Below, piece by piece: positions 1 to 13,200 of a stretch of 64,000 nt of DNA (position 1 is the stretch's first letter; each line of letters starts with the position of its first letter). The DNA lies in assembly GCA_051294905.1 (NCBI GenBank), contig CM119371.1, positions 28,708,001 to 28,772,000 on the forward strand. The letters run 5' to 3'. The translations under genes were made by a program, and so were the position numbers. Source of the stretch: Botryllus schlosseri (taxonomy: Eukaryota). The notes under the pieces were generated by a model. That model was not told the origin of the DNA. It saw nothing but the letters and a program-made list of their open reading frames with translations, and did not search any database.

Positions 1-102
1 GAGTCATAGTATTGTGACTCTAGTCCGAGTCATTGTGTTGACTGCTCAGGTTCCAGTTAAAGTCTTGTTCAACTCACTTTTTATAATTTTGTTTGGTGAT
101 AC

Positions 103-491
103 TAGGGTTACCATATTTTGGAAATCTGAAAACAGGACACTTTTACGAAATTTTCAGACTTGCAAAACCCGAGGAGAATTCCCAAAAATTGGTAAATTTT
201 CCCTCTTATGTAGTCGGTTGACTGAAAGGTCAACTTTCTCGCCCAGCGCCCGAAATACAGTTTTTTACTTCACATTGTCAGGTGGTTGACTAAGAAAAAT
301 CGTCAACCTTCCACTAAGTTCCCGACATACCCATCGGAGCGTCACCTGGGTGCTGATTTACGGCACCTCAGTCGAACTTTGCTATGAATATGACCAAAAT
401 TACCTAAAAAGAGGACAAAGGGGTGTCCTCCGAGGACACTTTCAGAAAAGATGACAAATCCTCCTAAAAGAGGACGTATATGGTAACACTA
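103..491. mobile_element. hAT-type MITE (TAGGGTTACCATA termini)
   Basis: TIRs TAGGGTTACCATA...TATGGTAACACTA; TSD GGTGATAC/GGTGATAT. Confidence 0.8.
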
Positions 492-513
492 GGTGATATC
501 GAATGGTTCACAT

Positions 514-1469
514 CAGATGAGTTGGATCAATTACAATAATTCAGTTGAATTACAATTACTCACTTGCATGTTTGTTTCAATTACATTACAATTACTCAAT
601 GCTAAAAATATCAAATTACAATTACAATTAAACATGTATTTAATTACAATTACAATACCAATTATAATTACTGTTAAACATGTAATTGATTCGGCAGAGA
701 GGTGTTCTTAGACAACCGTAACGACGTAATTAGCAACAATCTCAAGCTATTCATGTTTCATACAAACACAGAAAAATGTTTCAAGCTACTAACAACCAAA
801 AGTTTGAGCGACTAACAGCGTATAGGCTACATGACAGTCAATGAAATGTAATCAAACGATTATAGGCTACTCAGAGCTGAGTGAGGATAATGAAATGTAA
901 TTGGTAAGACGTCAGCGATAAGGATGATACCGATAAGATGTGTAAAATTAAAATAAATGCAAAAAGAAAGAACCTCCTCTTAACTACGAATTAGGCTACA
1001 ACATTTTGGTTCGCATTTACATTTTCACTTGCTTGGATGAACATTAGGGTGCGAAAATTTCTGGCCCAAGTAAATTTGATCAAGATTGGAGGTAAGATTG
1101 GGATAACATCTCGACAAATGCGTGATCAAGTTTGATGAAGCCTTGGTTGGAAACTTGAATTTCTTTTTGCAATTGTTGCAGCAAGCCTCGGTACTGGTCA
1201 AAGATTTAAAAATAAAACTCTGACCGTGGTGTAGGAAATGGTTCAGCACAGGATTTAGAAGAGTTTGGCTGTTTATCCATTTTTGAAATATTAGGATTTA
1301 GTTTAGCCCACTAGTTCTCTAACTTTTTTAGACACGCACCCCTTTATGACAGTGAAATATTTCAAATTTTCATCAAATTACAATTACACAAAATAGAAAT
1401 GCTTCAATTACAATTACATGAAAAATGCGATTTATTACATTCAGCTCAATTACAAATGATCCAACTCTG
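514..1469 (-). mobile_element. Non-autonomous hAT derivative with BED zinc-finger remnant
   Basis: TIRs CAGA(TGA)GTTGGATCA...TGATCCAACTCTG; perfect TSD GTTCACAT; CAATTA subterminal repeats; ORF 1025-1249 has CNNC..SSNLITHL. Confidence 0.8.
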
Positions 1470-1483
1470 GTTCACATGTATAT

Positions 1484-1945
1484 TAGGGTTACCATACGTC
1501 TTTTAAGAGGATTTGTCCTCTTTTTTGAAAGTGTCCTCGAAGGACGCCCTTTTGTCCTCTTTTTTGAAAATTTAGGTCAGATTTAGAGCAAATTGCGAGT
1601 GATATGTCGTAAATTAGCAAAGAAGTGACGCTCCGGCGGGTATTTCGGAGTGAAAAACGGTGATTTTAGCTCTGAGCGAAAAGTTGACCTCATTTTTTTA
1701 GTCATCCACCTAGCAATACGGAGAGAAAAACGGTATTTTGAGCTCTGAGCGAAAAGTTGACCTTTTTTTTTAGTCATCCATCTAGCAATACGGAGAGAAA
1801 AACGGTATTTTGAGCTATGAGCGAAAAGTTGACCTTTTTTTAGTCATCCACCTAGCAATACGGAGAGAAAAACGGTATTTTGAGCTCTGAGCGGAATTTC
1901 TGAAAAAGTGTCCTCTTTTTAGATTTCCAAAATATGGTAAGCCTG
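1484..1945. mobile_element. Second copy (inverted) of the TAGGGTTACC MITE with about three internal 63-bp tandem repeats
   Basis: Same TIRs as 103-491; TSD ATGTATAT/ATATATAT; repeats at about 1670-1890. Confidence 0.8.
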
Positions 1946-2084
1946 ATATATATCATACTTATATTCCTCACTTTTAGCAGCTCCTGGTCTCATTTCCCAG
2001 CACCGCGGTACTAAGACACGAAATCCCAATAGTGTGGTTACTTCATCGAAATTACAATGAAATATCGGTCTTGTCCGTCTGAGT

Positions 2085-2791
2085 CAGGGCTGGCCAACCT
2101 TTTCAGCCAACGGGCCACATTCGATTGACGAATTATTGCGCGGGCCACTAGCCGCGCGAAGCGCGAAATTTTTTTGAAGTTCATAGGTCAATAATATTGT
2201 CATTTGAATATTTTGTGGGCCTGCTGTATATCGCTGGGCTAATTTTTCGAGGACTGGGCTATTTGGCGCCTGGACATATCGATATCGAAAGATGCGACCA
2301 ACATGCGTCAATCATTTCGTGCCTAGGTTTCATAGTCGATGGTCTTACTGCGAGCGCAAACGGAATGTCGCATATGTTGAACGACACTTTGTCTCGTAAT
2401 CGCGAATATAGTTAGATTCAATCTGATACATTAGGTGTTCTTCCATTTTCACAAAAGGGCAACAATAATGAAAACAAGAAATCGAGTGACAACATGTTAC
2501 GCCAATCTTGTAGAAAATTTTTACCTTTGATAAATATACCCGCAAATTATTCTGCTTTATTGTAGTGTACGAAGATATAACAATATGTGAATGGCTGATG
2601 GATCTGTCAATGCGTCGGAACTGATATTTTAGTCATCACATCTCAAGTGTTGCGGCCAGACTAAACAAATTTTTGGTTGGCCTTGCAAGTTCACAACCTG
2701 TGCAATCCATTTTTGATGATATTAGAAATTTCGGAAATGACCTCGCGGGCCACTCAAAACCTTCTCGCGGGCCACGGGTTGGCCGGCCCTG
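2085..2791. mobile_element. hAT (Charlie/Buster-like) MITE
   Basis: CAGGGCTGGCCAACC...GGTTGGCCGGCCCTG; perfect TSD GTCTGAGT; paralog at 7095-7827. Confidence 0.85.
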
Positions 2792-4147
2792 GTCTGAGTC
2801 GTATGACTTGCTTCGAGTTATGCGCAATGACTCGAGTCCAAGTTGAGTCAATTCGCCATTTTGAGAAAACGACTCGAGAGTCAATACAAACCTGTAAAGT
2901 TTTGAGCTCACTGTTTTATTTTTAGATGGTACACGAACTCTTTTGGTTGACGTATTTTGATAAAAGTCGACTTCAATGAAGACAAATGAAAGAGTGAAGT
3001 CCTCTCCCGACGCGAAATCTGTCGTCTGGATAGTCTTACACAGACAGAATTATCCAACAGCCAGTTTAAAAGTCTATCCACACAACTTAAGAAGGCGGAA
3101 CCTATTCGAATACTCCCAAAAGGTGTAAGTACTTCGTAACTGATCACATCTGCCCACACGCAAAGCTCAAAATCTCAGATTAACTCAGTCTACAGAACTA
3201 GAGGATACTTGCACTGGCGTAATACCATACTTCCAACCCCACGTATAAATAACCAACAACGCGGTGCAAACAATCAAATTTTAACAGATCAAAATCAATA
3301 AATAACCATATACAATTCGCAAATAAGGCAAGACGCAGCAAGAAACACAGTGCTCGAACGAAAATGCAACTCAGTCAGGGCGATGAAATAGAAAAAAGTA
3401 ACAGTGGCAAACTACAGTGGCAGAAATCAAGTGTGCAGAAGATTATATTGTGATAAACCAACCGACGACCGTATAAGAAATACTAACAGGAAAAAATTGC
3501 ACAAAGAAGAACGGAAGACAGACAATACTAGAATTCATTACACAGCATAGTACAACATTAGAACACTTGACAAAAGCATCACAAGAAATATCTGGACTCA
3601 TGAAAATCCCAGAAACTCCAGATAATATACAATATATACAATTATTCATATATGTACATTGTACATACATTATCCTCCAAACAGACTATTTTCGACACTA
3701 TATCGTCACTGTGGAATCAAATTAGCTTATGTCCCTGTTACACTTGGCATGCACAACATATCGACAGGATAATATGAACTCAGACACAGTGCAATATATA
3801 GGCTATACATTATCCACCAAACAGACAGAATGGTATATTCGTATAGAAACAAACCCAAATATTTCCGTCAAGGGTAATAGTCAGCAACTAGTAGAGAAAG
3901 GGAAAGAACATTGTCAACAACAAATATCATGTTCTGACACGATTGTCGATATACCATGTTCTTTCCTATTCTCTACTAGGTGCTGACGATTACCCCTGAC
4001 CAGTGTCAGCTGAAAATATTCGGGTTTATCTCAATGTGAATGCACATCTCAATCTCATATTGAAGTTTTGTCTCTACAAATACGTGACGAAGAATTCAGC
4101 ACACCGTACCAATTGGCCTACATTTCATTTGGCACGACACCTCAATT

Positions 4148-4259
4148 TCAGACCACGCTCGGGACAGCGTAATCGGGTAATCTGATACTCAGCATCATAC
4201 AGACGACGAACGCGACAATCATGAGACGGAATTTCGACGGCGATAGCAACCCCAGGCAC
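4148..4259 (-). CDS. terminal exon 33, TM anchor plus tail (GCLGLLSPSKFRLMIVAFVVCMMLSIRLPDYAVPSVV*)
   Basis: ttccag acceptor, phase 2, TGA at 4150-4148; ORF 4148-4351. Confidence 0.8.
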
Positions 4260-7200
4260 CTGGAAGAGAAGATTCTCGATAAGCCCATTGATTTATTATT
4301 ACTATAATAATATAAATTTATACGCAGCATGACTCCACGTAATTTGGACACCGGACAATCGCTTTATTTGGCCTGAATGCTCAGGAACAGAACAAAAGTA
4401 AAACTAGCACATATTGAACTACATTTAATTGAGACAATTCTCAAAGGTTCTAATGATTCCAGTCACAATTTCCAAATCTGTGTCTTGACTCAACTTGTAC
4501 TCGGGTCATAGTCAAATTACGATATTATGAATGCCAGCCATTGTATATCAATCGAGCAGAGTTGAAAAAAAGTGGTTTGAACCGAATTGAACTAAAAACC
4601 GAACAGTGAACACAAAAAACTTGGCCTCGGACTTGACTCGGTGGCGAATTGAAAATGACTCGACACCAGTCAAAACTACAAAAGCGAGATTGACTGGCGA
4701 CTCGGGACGTTGTGACTTGGTTACAACCATGCACATCTCCGCGTAATCCAGACACAGACTCGCAATTCCTACCGTTAGGTTACGACACAAAAACAGTACT
4801 TTGTTCATTTTAATAGAAGATGTGTGATTATGGTGAAAGTGAAACAATGACGATCCATGTAGCATCAATCAATAATGAACTGTCGACTATCCGCATACTT
4901 TTGAGAAGTTAATCAGAGGTGGCAACTTCCGAAATTAGCAGATGCATCTTAACTAACACAAAACAATCAAAAATGTGTAGTGTTTGTAGAATAGGTGCAA
5001 TTTTGCCCAGTTGTCATCATAATTTTACTCATTAAATTGATTAAATAATTTTACTACTCGACGCCACTCAAAAGAATTAATAGTTGATTCAGAGCACGTC
5101 TAGCAACCTTACCCTGCTCCAAACAAGTCGAACAATTTCATCACGCCACCTCTCTGCAAAGAGAAACAAACGAATGAATGAATGAATGTGTCATGGCATG
5201 CTTGGTATCATCACCGACTTACTTCACAGTGGTAACATACCGGGACTGGGTCTGCGCAAACAGGTGAATCATCTGTCGAATCGGCTGAATGTTCCGAGTT
5301 AGGTTTCGTCTAGGTGTAAGGAAAAAATGTAGCAAACTGATGAAAATGCAAGAATCGGGATTCAGGGTTGTAATGACTCGAGTCATTATCTAAAAATTCG
5401 GAATTCGGAAAAGACTCAACTAGAGTTAATTTGTGTATTGACCCGGCTACTACTCGAGTGATTGCACATGACTCGAGACAGGTATTTCATTGTAACGAGA
5501 TAGCGTAGTGCCGTGCGTCGGAGATTATTCTCGGCTCCTCGTCTCAGGGTTGTAACCAAGTCACATGGCGCCGAGTCACAAGTCAATCAGACTTTTATAG
5601 TTTTGACTCAAGTCAAGTCGAGTCATTGTCACTTAACCACCGGGTCAAGTCCGTGTCCAAGTCATTGAGCAGAGGGTCGAGTCCGAGTCATGGTAATATG
5701 ACTTGAGTCCGAGACCAAGTCATAGTGTTGACCGCTCAGTTTCCAGTTAAAGTCTTGTGAAACCCACATTTTATAACTCTGTTTGGTCATATCGAATACT
5801 TCGCATTTAAATTATGCCAATTTTCCTCACTTTTAGCAGTTTCTGGTCGCATTTTCAAGTACCAGTACCAATAGACGAAATCCGAAGAGTGTGGGTACTT
5901 CACTTCTCTTCAAAATTACAATGAAATGTCAGTCTTGGCCGTCTGAGTCTCGAGTCATATGACTTGGTGTGACTCATGCGGACTCATTACAACCCTGCCT
6001 CGGCCCCCATGTCGCCAAAAGAGCACACAAAAAAAGAAAAGAGCAAGCAATATAGTATCACAACAACTCACTGTACCTGGGAGCCACCGCCACCGATGAC
6101 GTCTAGTATCTTCTCACAGGCGGAGCATGAGCATTTCATCGCGATAAAGAAAATTTGCCGAAGCTTCCATTTCGCGTCCGTGCATTTCTTCTCCCAAGAT
6201 TCGCTCTCATTCGTCAGAGTCTAAACGGCACAGATTAAAACCAATAAGGATTTCAAAAATGGCTTCAATGGTTTCGGTTGTATTTGAATTTGGCGTTGGA
6301 CACAAAATTTTCAATTTTTTTCAATTTACATACGACTGTTCCGATTGAATATCATACCATGTCGAAATCCAAAACTCGGGTTTTGACATGATATGATATT
6401 AAATCTGTTAATCTCTGGTAAACAGGCGAGAAAAATGCTACATCACAATAAGATTATTGTGGTATCTTTTTGATCGTGCCATTTCATTGCATTTGGTGAC
6501 AATGGCGTGGGTTGATCACGACATGCTTCATATGCTACGATGCGACCAATTGATGTTTCAAGGTTTTTACAGTGGAAAATGGCATAGAAGCTCTAATTTT
6601 TGTGGAAAAATAAACTCTTACTGGCAAGGAATGCATAATTTCAGTACTCGACTCAAAACTTCTCTCGCTACCCGACTCAAATCATCAGAATACTCAAATC
6701 ATTATGCTCAGTCTGATTTCGGGTGTGCGGCGCATTCATCTCACAAAGCCACAAAGTAGGTTCGAGAAAGAGGGCAGGGTCAGTTATCGACCAAGCTCTA
6801 ATCTCGAATCCACCGGCGTACCTTGACCAGGTCTCGCGACTTGCTTTCCTGCCCCGCGGCTCCTACGCATTTTTCCGCGTCCCGCAGCTTGAAGGACAGC
6901 GACAGCGCGCTCTCCCACATTTTCACGGCCTCCTGAGAGCCGTGGCCCGGTTCCTTGATGGCCTGCAGCACGCCACGGAAGTTCTGGAAATTAAATGTGA
7001 GCTAGTAGTGTCTTGAGTGCGGCTTGAAGTACGTAGGAAATAATTTATGTTCGTGCATTTACTTTGGCCTCATTTGACTCTTGTTTGTATAAGACAGGGC
7101 CGGCCTACCCGTGGCCCGCGGGCCACATGTGGCCCACGAGAAGGTTTCGAGTGGCCCGCGAGGTAATTTCCGAAATTAGTAATATAATACAAAATGGATT

Positions 7201-10200
7201 GCACTGATTGTGAACTTGCAAGGCCAATCAAAAATTTGCTTAGTCTTGCCGCAACACTTGAGATGTGATGATCAAAATATCAGTTCCGGCGCATTAGCAG
7301 ATCCATGAGCCAGTCACATTTTGGTAGATCATCGTACACTACGATAAAGCAGAATAATTTGAGATCGATTTATCAAAAGTAAAAATTTTCTTCACGTTTC
7401 GCGCAACATGTTGTCACTCGATTTCTTGCTTTAAATGTTGTTACCCCTTTGTGAAAATGAAAGAATGCCTAATGTATCAGATTGAGTGTAATTATATTCG
7501 CGATTACGAGACAAAGTGTCGTTCAACATATGCGACATTACGTTTGCGCTAGCAGAAAGACCGTCGACGCCCGACGGTGAAACCTAGGCACGAAATGACC
7601 GATGCATGTTGGTCGAAACTTTCGATGTCGATATGTCCAGGCGGCGAATAGTCCAGTCCTTGCAAACTGCGCCCAGCGATATACAGCGGGCACGCAATAT
7701 ATAGTTAAGTGACAATATTATTGACCTATGAACTTAGAAAAATATTCGCGCCTCGCGCGGTTAGTGGCCCGCATAATAGTTTGTCAATCGAATGTGGCCC
7801 TTCGGCCAAAAAGGTTGGCCAGCCCTGGTACAGGACTATAGGGCCAGTAGTGCCGATCATCATTTCCTAGTGTGCCTTACTTTGTATTTATACCCTGTGT
7901 TGTGTGATCTACTGGTACCGGGATCGTCACCAACGCTCATAATAGTTGTTTGTTGGCATGAAATATTGAGTTCTTTAACCAATCAATCATAACAGACAGA
8001 ATCCAGAGTCGGTGAGGCTTATTGTATGCACACTTATAAACGCCTGTACAAATATGACAAAATTTCAAGAACTTATTGCATCACAATGAAGTAATGCCTA
8101 CTATTTTAAGGGAGATTTGCTAGCACCATCTCATTCCTTGATAGTGTCTGTCGTGAGGTTCATATAGGATTGTGACTTTGAAATCGCATGTAGGGTGCTG
8201 CCCATGAATTATATCAACCTATAAACGTCATAAGCATAAATAAAACAACTTTTTGTTGATGATAGGTCGTAGGGGTGGGTTTGACACCTGTATTATATTG
8301 GTCAAAGAGGTTTTGTGTAAAAAAAGCTTAGGAAACTCTGCACTAGACCATCATTTGAAGTTTCCCGGCCATTTTTCTAATCCGAATAACCTTAGTGAGC
8401 ATGCGACACAATGAAAAACGACAGTGGAGCATGCGCCACTTGAGCACGGGCGTGAGCAGGGCAGTACCAAAGTTTCCTGACCATTTTTTATATCTGAACA
8501 ACCCTAGTGAGTATGCGACACAATCAAAAACTACGACTGCGCATGTGGCACTCGAGCATGAGCGTTAGCAGGGTATCACCAAAGTTTCGTGACAATTATT
8601 CAACTCTGAACAACCCTAGTGAGCATGCGACACTATGAAGACGACAGTTGAGCATGCGACACTCAAACATTAGCATGAACAGGGTAGCTCAGAAGTTTCT
8701 TAACAATTTTTCAGATCTGAACAACCATACTGAGCACTGGACATTTGACCATGCGCCGTGATGAAAATCAACAGTTGAGCATGTGACCCAACAGTTACCC
8801 CTACCCTAACCCTGACCCAAAAAACCCACATTCACAGATGTCACATGCTGATACGGCCATGGACCAGGCAGAAGTGCTATTTCGGTGCAAACAAATGCAA
8901 TGTGCCCGACGTCAAGTATTTCCACACCACGCACAAGCGATACGTACCGCTGCGAAAGATTCAGCGACCAAATCGCGACATACGTTGACAATCTTCCAAC
9001 GTGCCGAGTACGAGCCAGCGTCAACATCACAAAAATGAGAAATCTCACGGGCAGTCCCACCAAGGTTCTATATCAACGGAACGTCCGAATATCATGGACT
9101 TACAAATTTTGCGACCAAATCGTCGTAGAATTCACATAATTTCGAAAGGCTAAGACTAGGCGTGGACCAAATTTAGTACACGAGTGATTCGATTCAAAAT
9201 TGAGTATTTGGCTTTGAGTCTATTCGAGTAATACTTAGGATAAGATAGCGTAACGGTGAAGCGTCCGGCTTCTTGATCGGTAGGTCGTGGGTTCAATCTC
9301 CTGCCGGGTCAGACCAAAGACCTGATTAGTAACACTGGTATCCATGCCTTTCCCGCTTGGCGATCGCCATTACCAGGATAGCATGGAGAGGTGGTGCAAG
9401 ACTTGAAAAGCCTTACAAGGTAATATATGCACCTTCCTTGTCCAGCAGCATATGCACATCATGCACTTGTAGTACTCATTAGGGTTGTCCATAATTTGGA
9501 AAATCTTACAAATCCTCGGTTGTAATGTCTTATTCGATAGATTATTGATAAAAAACGACACTGAGCCTGAAAGAAGCTCACAGAAAGGCCGTTAACATTT
9601 CGTGCAAAGCGTTTGAAAGTAGCTGCCGAAGAATGGGCGTGCCACCGACCATAGAACGGCGAGAAGACTAGTAATCAAGAAACCACGGCTCTTGATTGGA
9701 TAATCGGCTATGCTTCAATGACCACGTCAGCAGCAGCTTGCTGATTAGGTGAACAAGGAGTCTGCTACTGGCGGCGATTCTGAAAGCGCATTGTATGCAG
9801 GTTGACAGATAATGATTTAGGATTGATTAAGGGTATGTTGAGGTACGAAATACATAATGAACAAACAACAGCTGCTTCACAAAAACGTCTAAAGCATGAC
9901 TGCTTTATTGTGAAAGAAACCGCCGCAGCCTATATGCCTTGTTTTCAACGAGGGAAAGCAGAGGCGCTTATGCAAGTGGCGACGGATTCCCAGTTTTAGA
10001 AATAATATATAATTATTGAATACAAAGATAAAGCTTAACAATGACACTATAGTTTGTGTGATCTCATTGGGCTCAGGTTGTAGTACATAGTTGAAGTTTT
10101 GAAAGCTCTAAGGGTCGGCTGAATCAGCGGGTCACGCTTGGCACTTGTCAGATGCTTGCATCAAACTGTATTCACTTGCAAGTGTTGTCAGAGTCCTTGA

Positions 10201-13200
10201 TGATGACGCAGAAAAGAGACGTAAAAGTAAGCACATAATATGCTGGATATGATATGTCAAATTCCTTAATAATCGCGCAGAAAAGGGGTGTTTGTTACCT
10301 TTACACCCCTTTCTGCTGCAAGTGATTAGTAAGCATAGTTTGCATATCATATCCAGCAGGATTATGTGCTTAGCATTTAAACCTCGTTTCTGCGACATCA
10401 TCTAGGGACTCTGACAACATTTGCAAGTGAATACAATTGCTGCAACATCTGACTGAGTGCTAAGCGTGACCCGTCTGATTCAGCCGATCGCTAGAGCAAT
10501 CAAAACTTTAACTATGTACTGGAACCTGAGCCCAATCAGATCACCTAACTTATAGTGTCATTGTTAAGCTTTATCTTTGTATTCAATAATGATATATTAT
10601 TTCTGAAACTAGGAATCCGTCGCCACTTGCATAAGCGCCTATGCTTTCCCTCGTTGAAAACAAGGCATATAGGCTACAGCGGTTTCCTTCACAATGAAGC
10701 GGTCATGCTTTAGACGTTTTTGTGAAGCAGCTGTTGTTTGTACATCATGTATTTCGTACCTCAAGATACCTTGAATCAATCCTAAATCATTATCTGTCAA
10801 CCTACATACAATGCGCTTTCAGAATCGCCGCCAGTAGCAGACTCCTTGTTCACCTTATCAGCAAGCTGCTGCTGACGTGGTCATTGAAGCATAGCCGATT
10901 ATCCAATCAAGAGCCGTGGTTTCTTGATTACTAGTCTTCTCACCGTTCTATGGTCGGTGGCACGCCCATTCTTCGGCAGCTACTTTCAAACGCTTTGCAC
11001 GAAATCTTAACGGCCTTTCTGTGAGCTTCTTTCAGGCTCAGTGTCGTTTTTTATCAATAATCTATCGAATAAGACATTACAACCGAGGATTTGTAAGATT
11101 TTCCAAATTATGGACAACCCTAGTACTCATATGCACAGATTGTGTGTATATAGTGTATACATACCATGAGTCGGTGTATATGCCGCAAAAAACATCAAGG
11201 ACAAAATACATAACGCCATTTCATAACTACCAGGCAGGTGAGAATTTTGTATATACATCTTTTATGGTATACCACAAGGAGTATATACCGCCAGTTCTAC
11301 ACCACGTTAGAGGTATTTTTTCGACCATGCCTATTTCATTGCACTTGTCACAATGCTGTGAGTTGATCACGACTTCACAGATATGTCAGAGACAAATATA
11401 TATTTGTTCACCAACCTCAGTAGCTTTATGCTGTATGTTTTGCATGCGGCGATAAGGCTAATCCTGGATTCAAGGCTTCCACGGTGGAGAACACTATCGG
11501 ACCTATAACTTTCGTGGTTATATAAACTCTTAGGGGCAAGGAGCGCGTGATTACAGCACCTGAAAAACCACCTCTCACTACTTGACTCGCAATAGAATTA
11601 ATAGTCGATTCCGATTAGAGTACTCACATCATTGTGCTCAGCCCTAGTAATGAATCAGCTTCCAATTTCTAGTACTCAGAGAACGTCTGTAAATTTCCAG
11701 CACGAAACCACTCGTATGAGCAGAGGTTACACGCTATGACTAGTCAAGGGAAAACAGATATGCTAGCACTAAACCACGAAACAATCTCTGAACATTGGCA
11801 TATTCTATGCCAGTGGTTCTCAACCTTTTTTACCTCGCGGATCGGTAAAATTCCAAAAAATATTCGGCGGACCGGTGATGTTTCAAAAATTGAAATCAAC
11901 TCAAAACGTGAAGTATGAAACTGTTTTATGCAAGTATATAATGCTAGAGAGACACATTTTGAGGGGTTTGATCGTAAATAAAGATGTTCAGTTTATTGTG
12001 GCATTCATTTGATTATACCGTAGTGGGTCTGCTGAGTCGAGGTAAAATTGCCCTGCCAAAATAAACGTGCTAGCGCCGAGAGTCTTTTACAGTCTTTTGC
12101 GCTGTCAGCATGTACTTCAAAACTTCAGCATTGTGGCATTATGTGGCCTCAGTCGTCGCTGCACATTATTATATCACTTCACTGAAATATGTAAGGTTGG
12201 AATTTGCAATTTGACGTCACATAACGTCATAGGTACATGATTGCGTTCACACAGAACTTTTCAAAAAGGTTCCCGTTCACACGAAATTGAACCTATCAGA
12301 GGTTCATACGATCCCTACTATGAATAGGCTAAATGCGCCGCACGAAAACACCTGACTACAGCTATACCTGGCCATCCACAGAATTAGGGCCGATCGTCAG
12401 CCTAATTGCCCAAAATCGGCAGTCTTCGGCCCCACAAAGCAATAAACCAAACTTTTAGCTAGGGGGCATCACCCCCAGACCCCACAGTTGGTTGGTTGTT
12501 TCCGCCAGGACTTCGAACGCATTCAATTTACTGAGCATAGGCAGATAGTTTTCAATAGGCAATTCATGGCTGAATCAGTCAACAAATTGTTGATTGCATA
12601 TATATTGCTGTAAATTTGTAGACTATCATAATTATCAGACTTTCTGCTAGAGTTGATTGAGGTGTCGTGTTGGAAAATTTAGGGCACGTAATAGATAATA
12701 ATTAAACATATTCGGGTGGGTCTGTTGGAATAATTACTTTATTGCACGTCAATATTTCGTCACCTTACTGTCTGTTATCTTGTGACTAGACATTGAAATC
12801 ACCCAAGCGTACTAAACCAAAGTACGCACACTATTCCCAATTAGTGTTTCTTCATCGGCAAATAATTTTACTCTGGGCTTTGTCATTTGTGCTATGGAGC
12901 ACAGATGGCCAGGACAGTGAGATTAGGTACCAGCCATTATGGAGCCTATGGACAAATGTACATATATATATATCGAAGTTATCGGTCAATAAAGGGAAGT
13001 CATTTTCGGCCAAAGTTATCCCACTGGTGAGCTTATCGCACACTTTCCGGATTCCTATGTTAGCCTGAACTTCATTACGTGATGGTGCGTCCCTTCACAA
13101 AAGGAATGAAGAGAAAACGAATGATCGAGCAAACTGCGCGGATTTGTGAGTCAGCTCGTATTAGTCCTTGCCGCTCATATTTCGTAAAATGACACGGATT

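Noticed and set aside
8799..8818. Telomere-like CCCTAA run
   Set aside because: Only about three degenerate units; common in repeat termini.
9243..9310. tRNA gene (also at 46100)
   Set aside because: No complete acceptor stem; continues into a shared SINE body and occurs as degenerate copies.
12852..13065. Possible extra exon (ANIGIRKVCDKLTSG...)
   Set aside because: Lies inside a TSD-bounded MITE and its phase does not fit the neighbouring exons.
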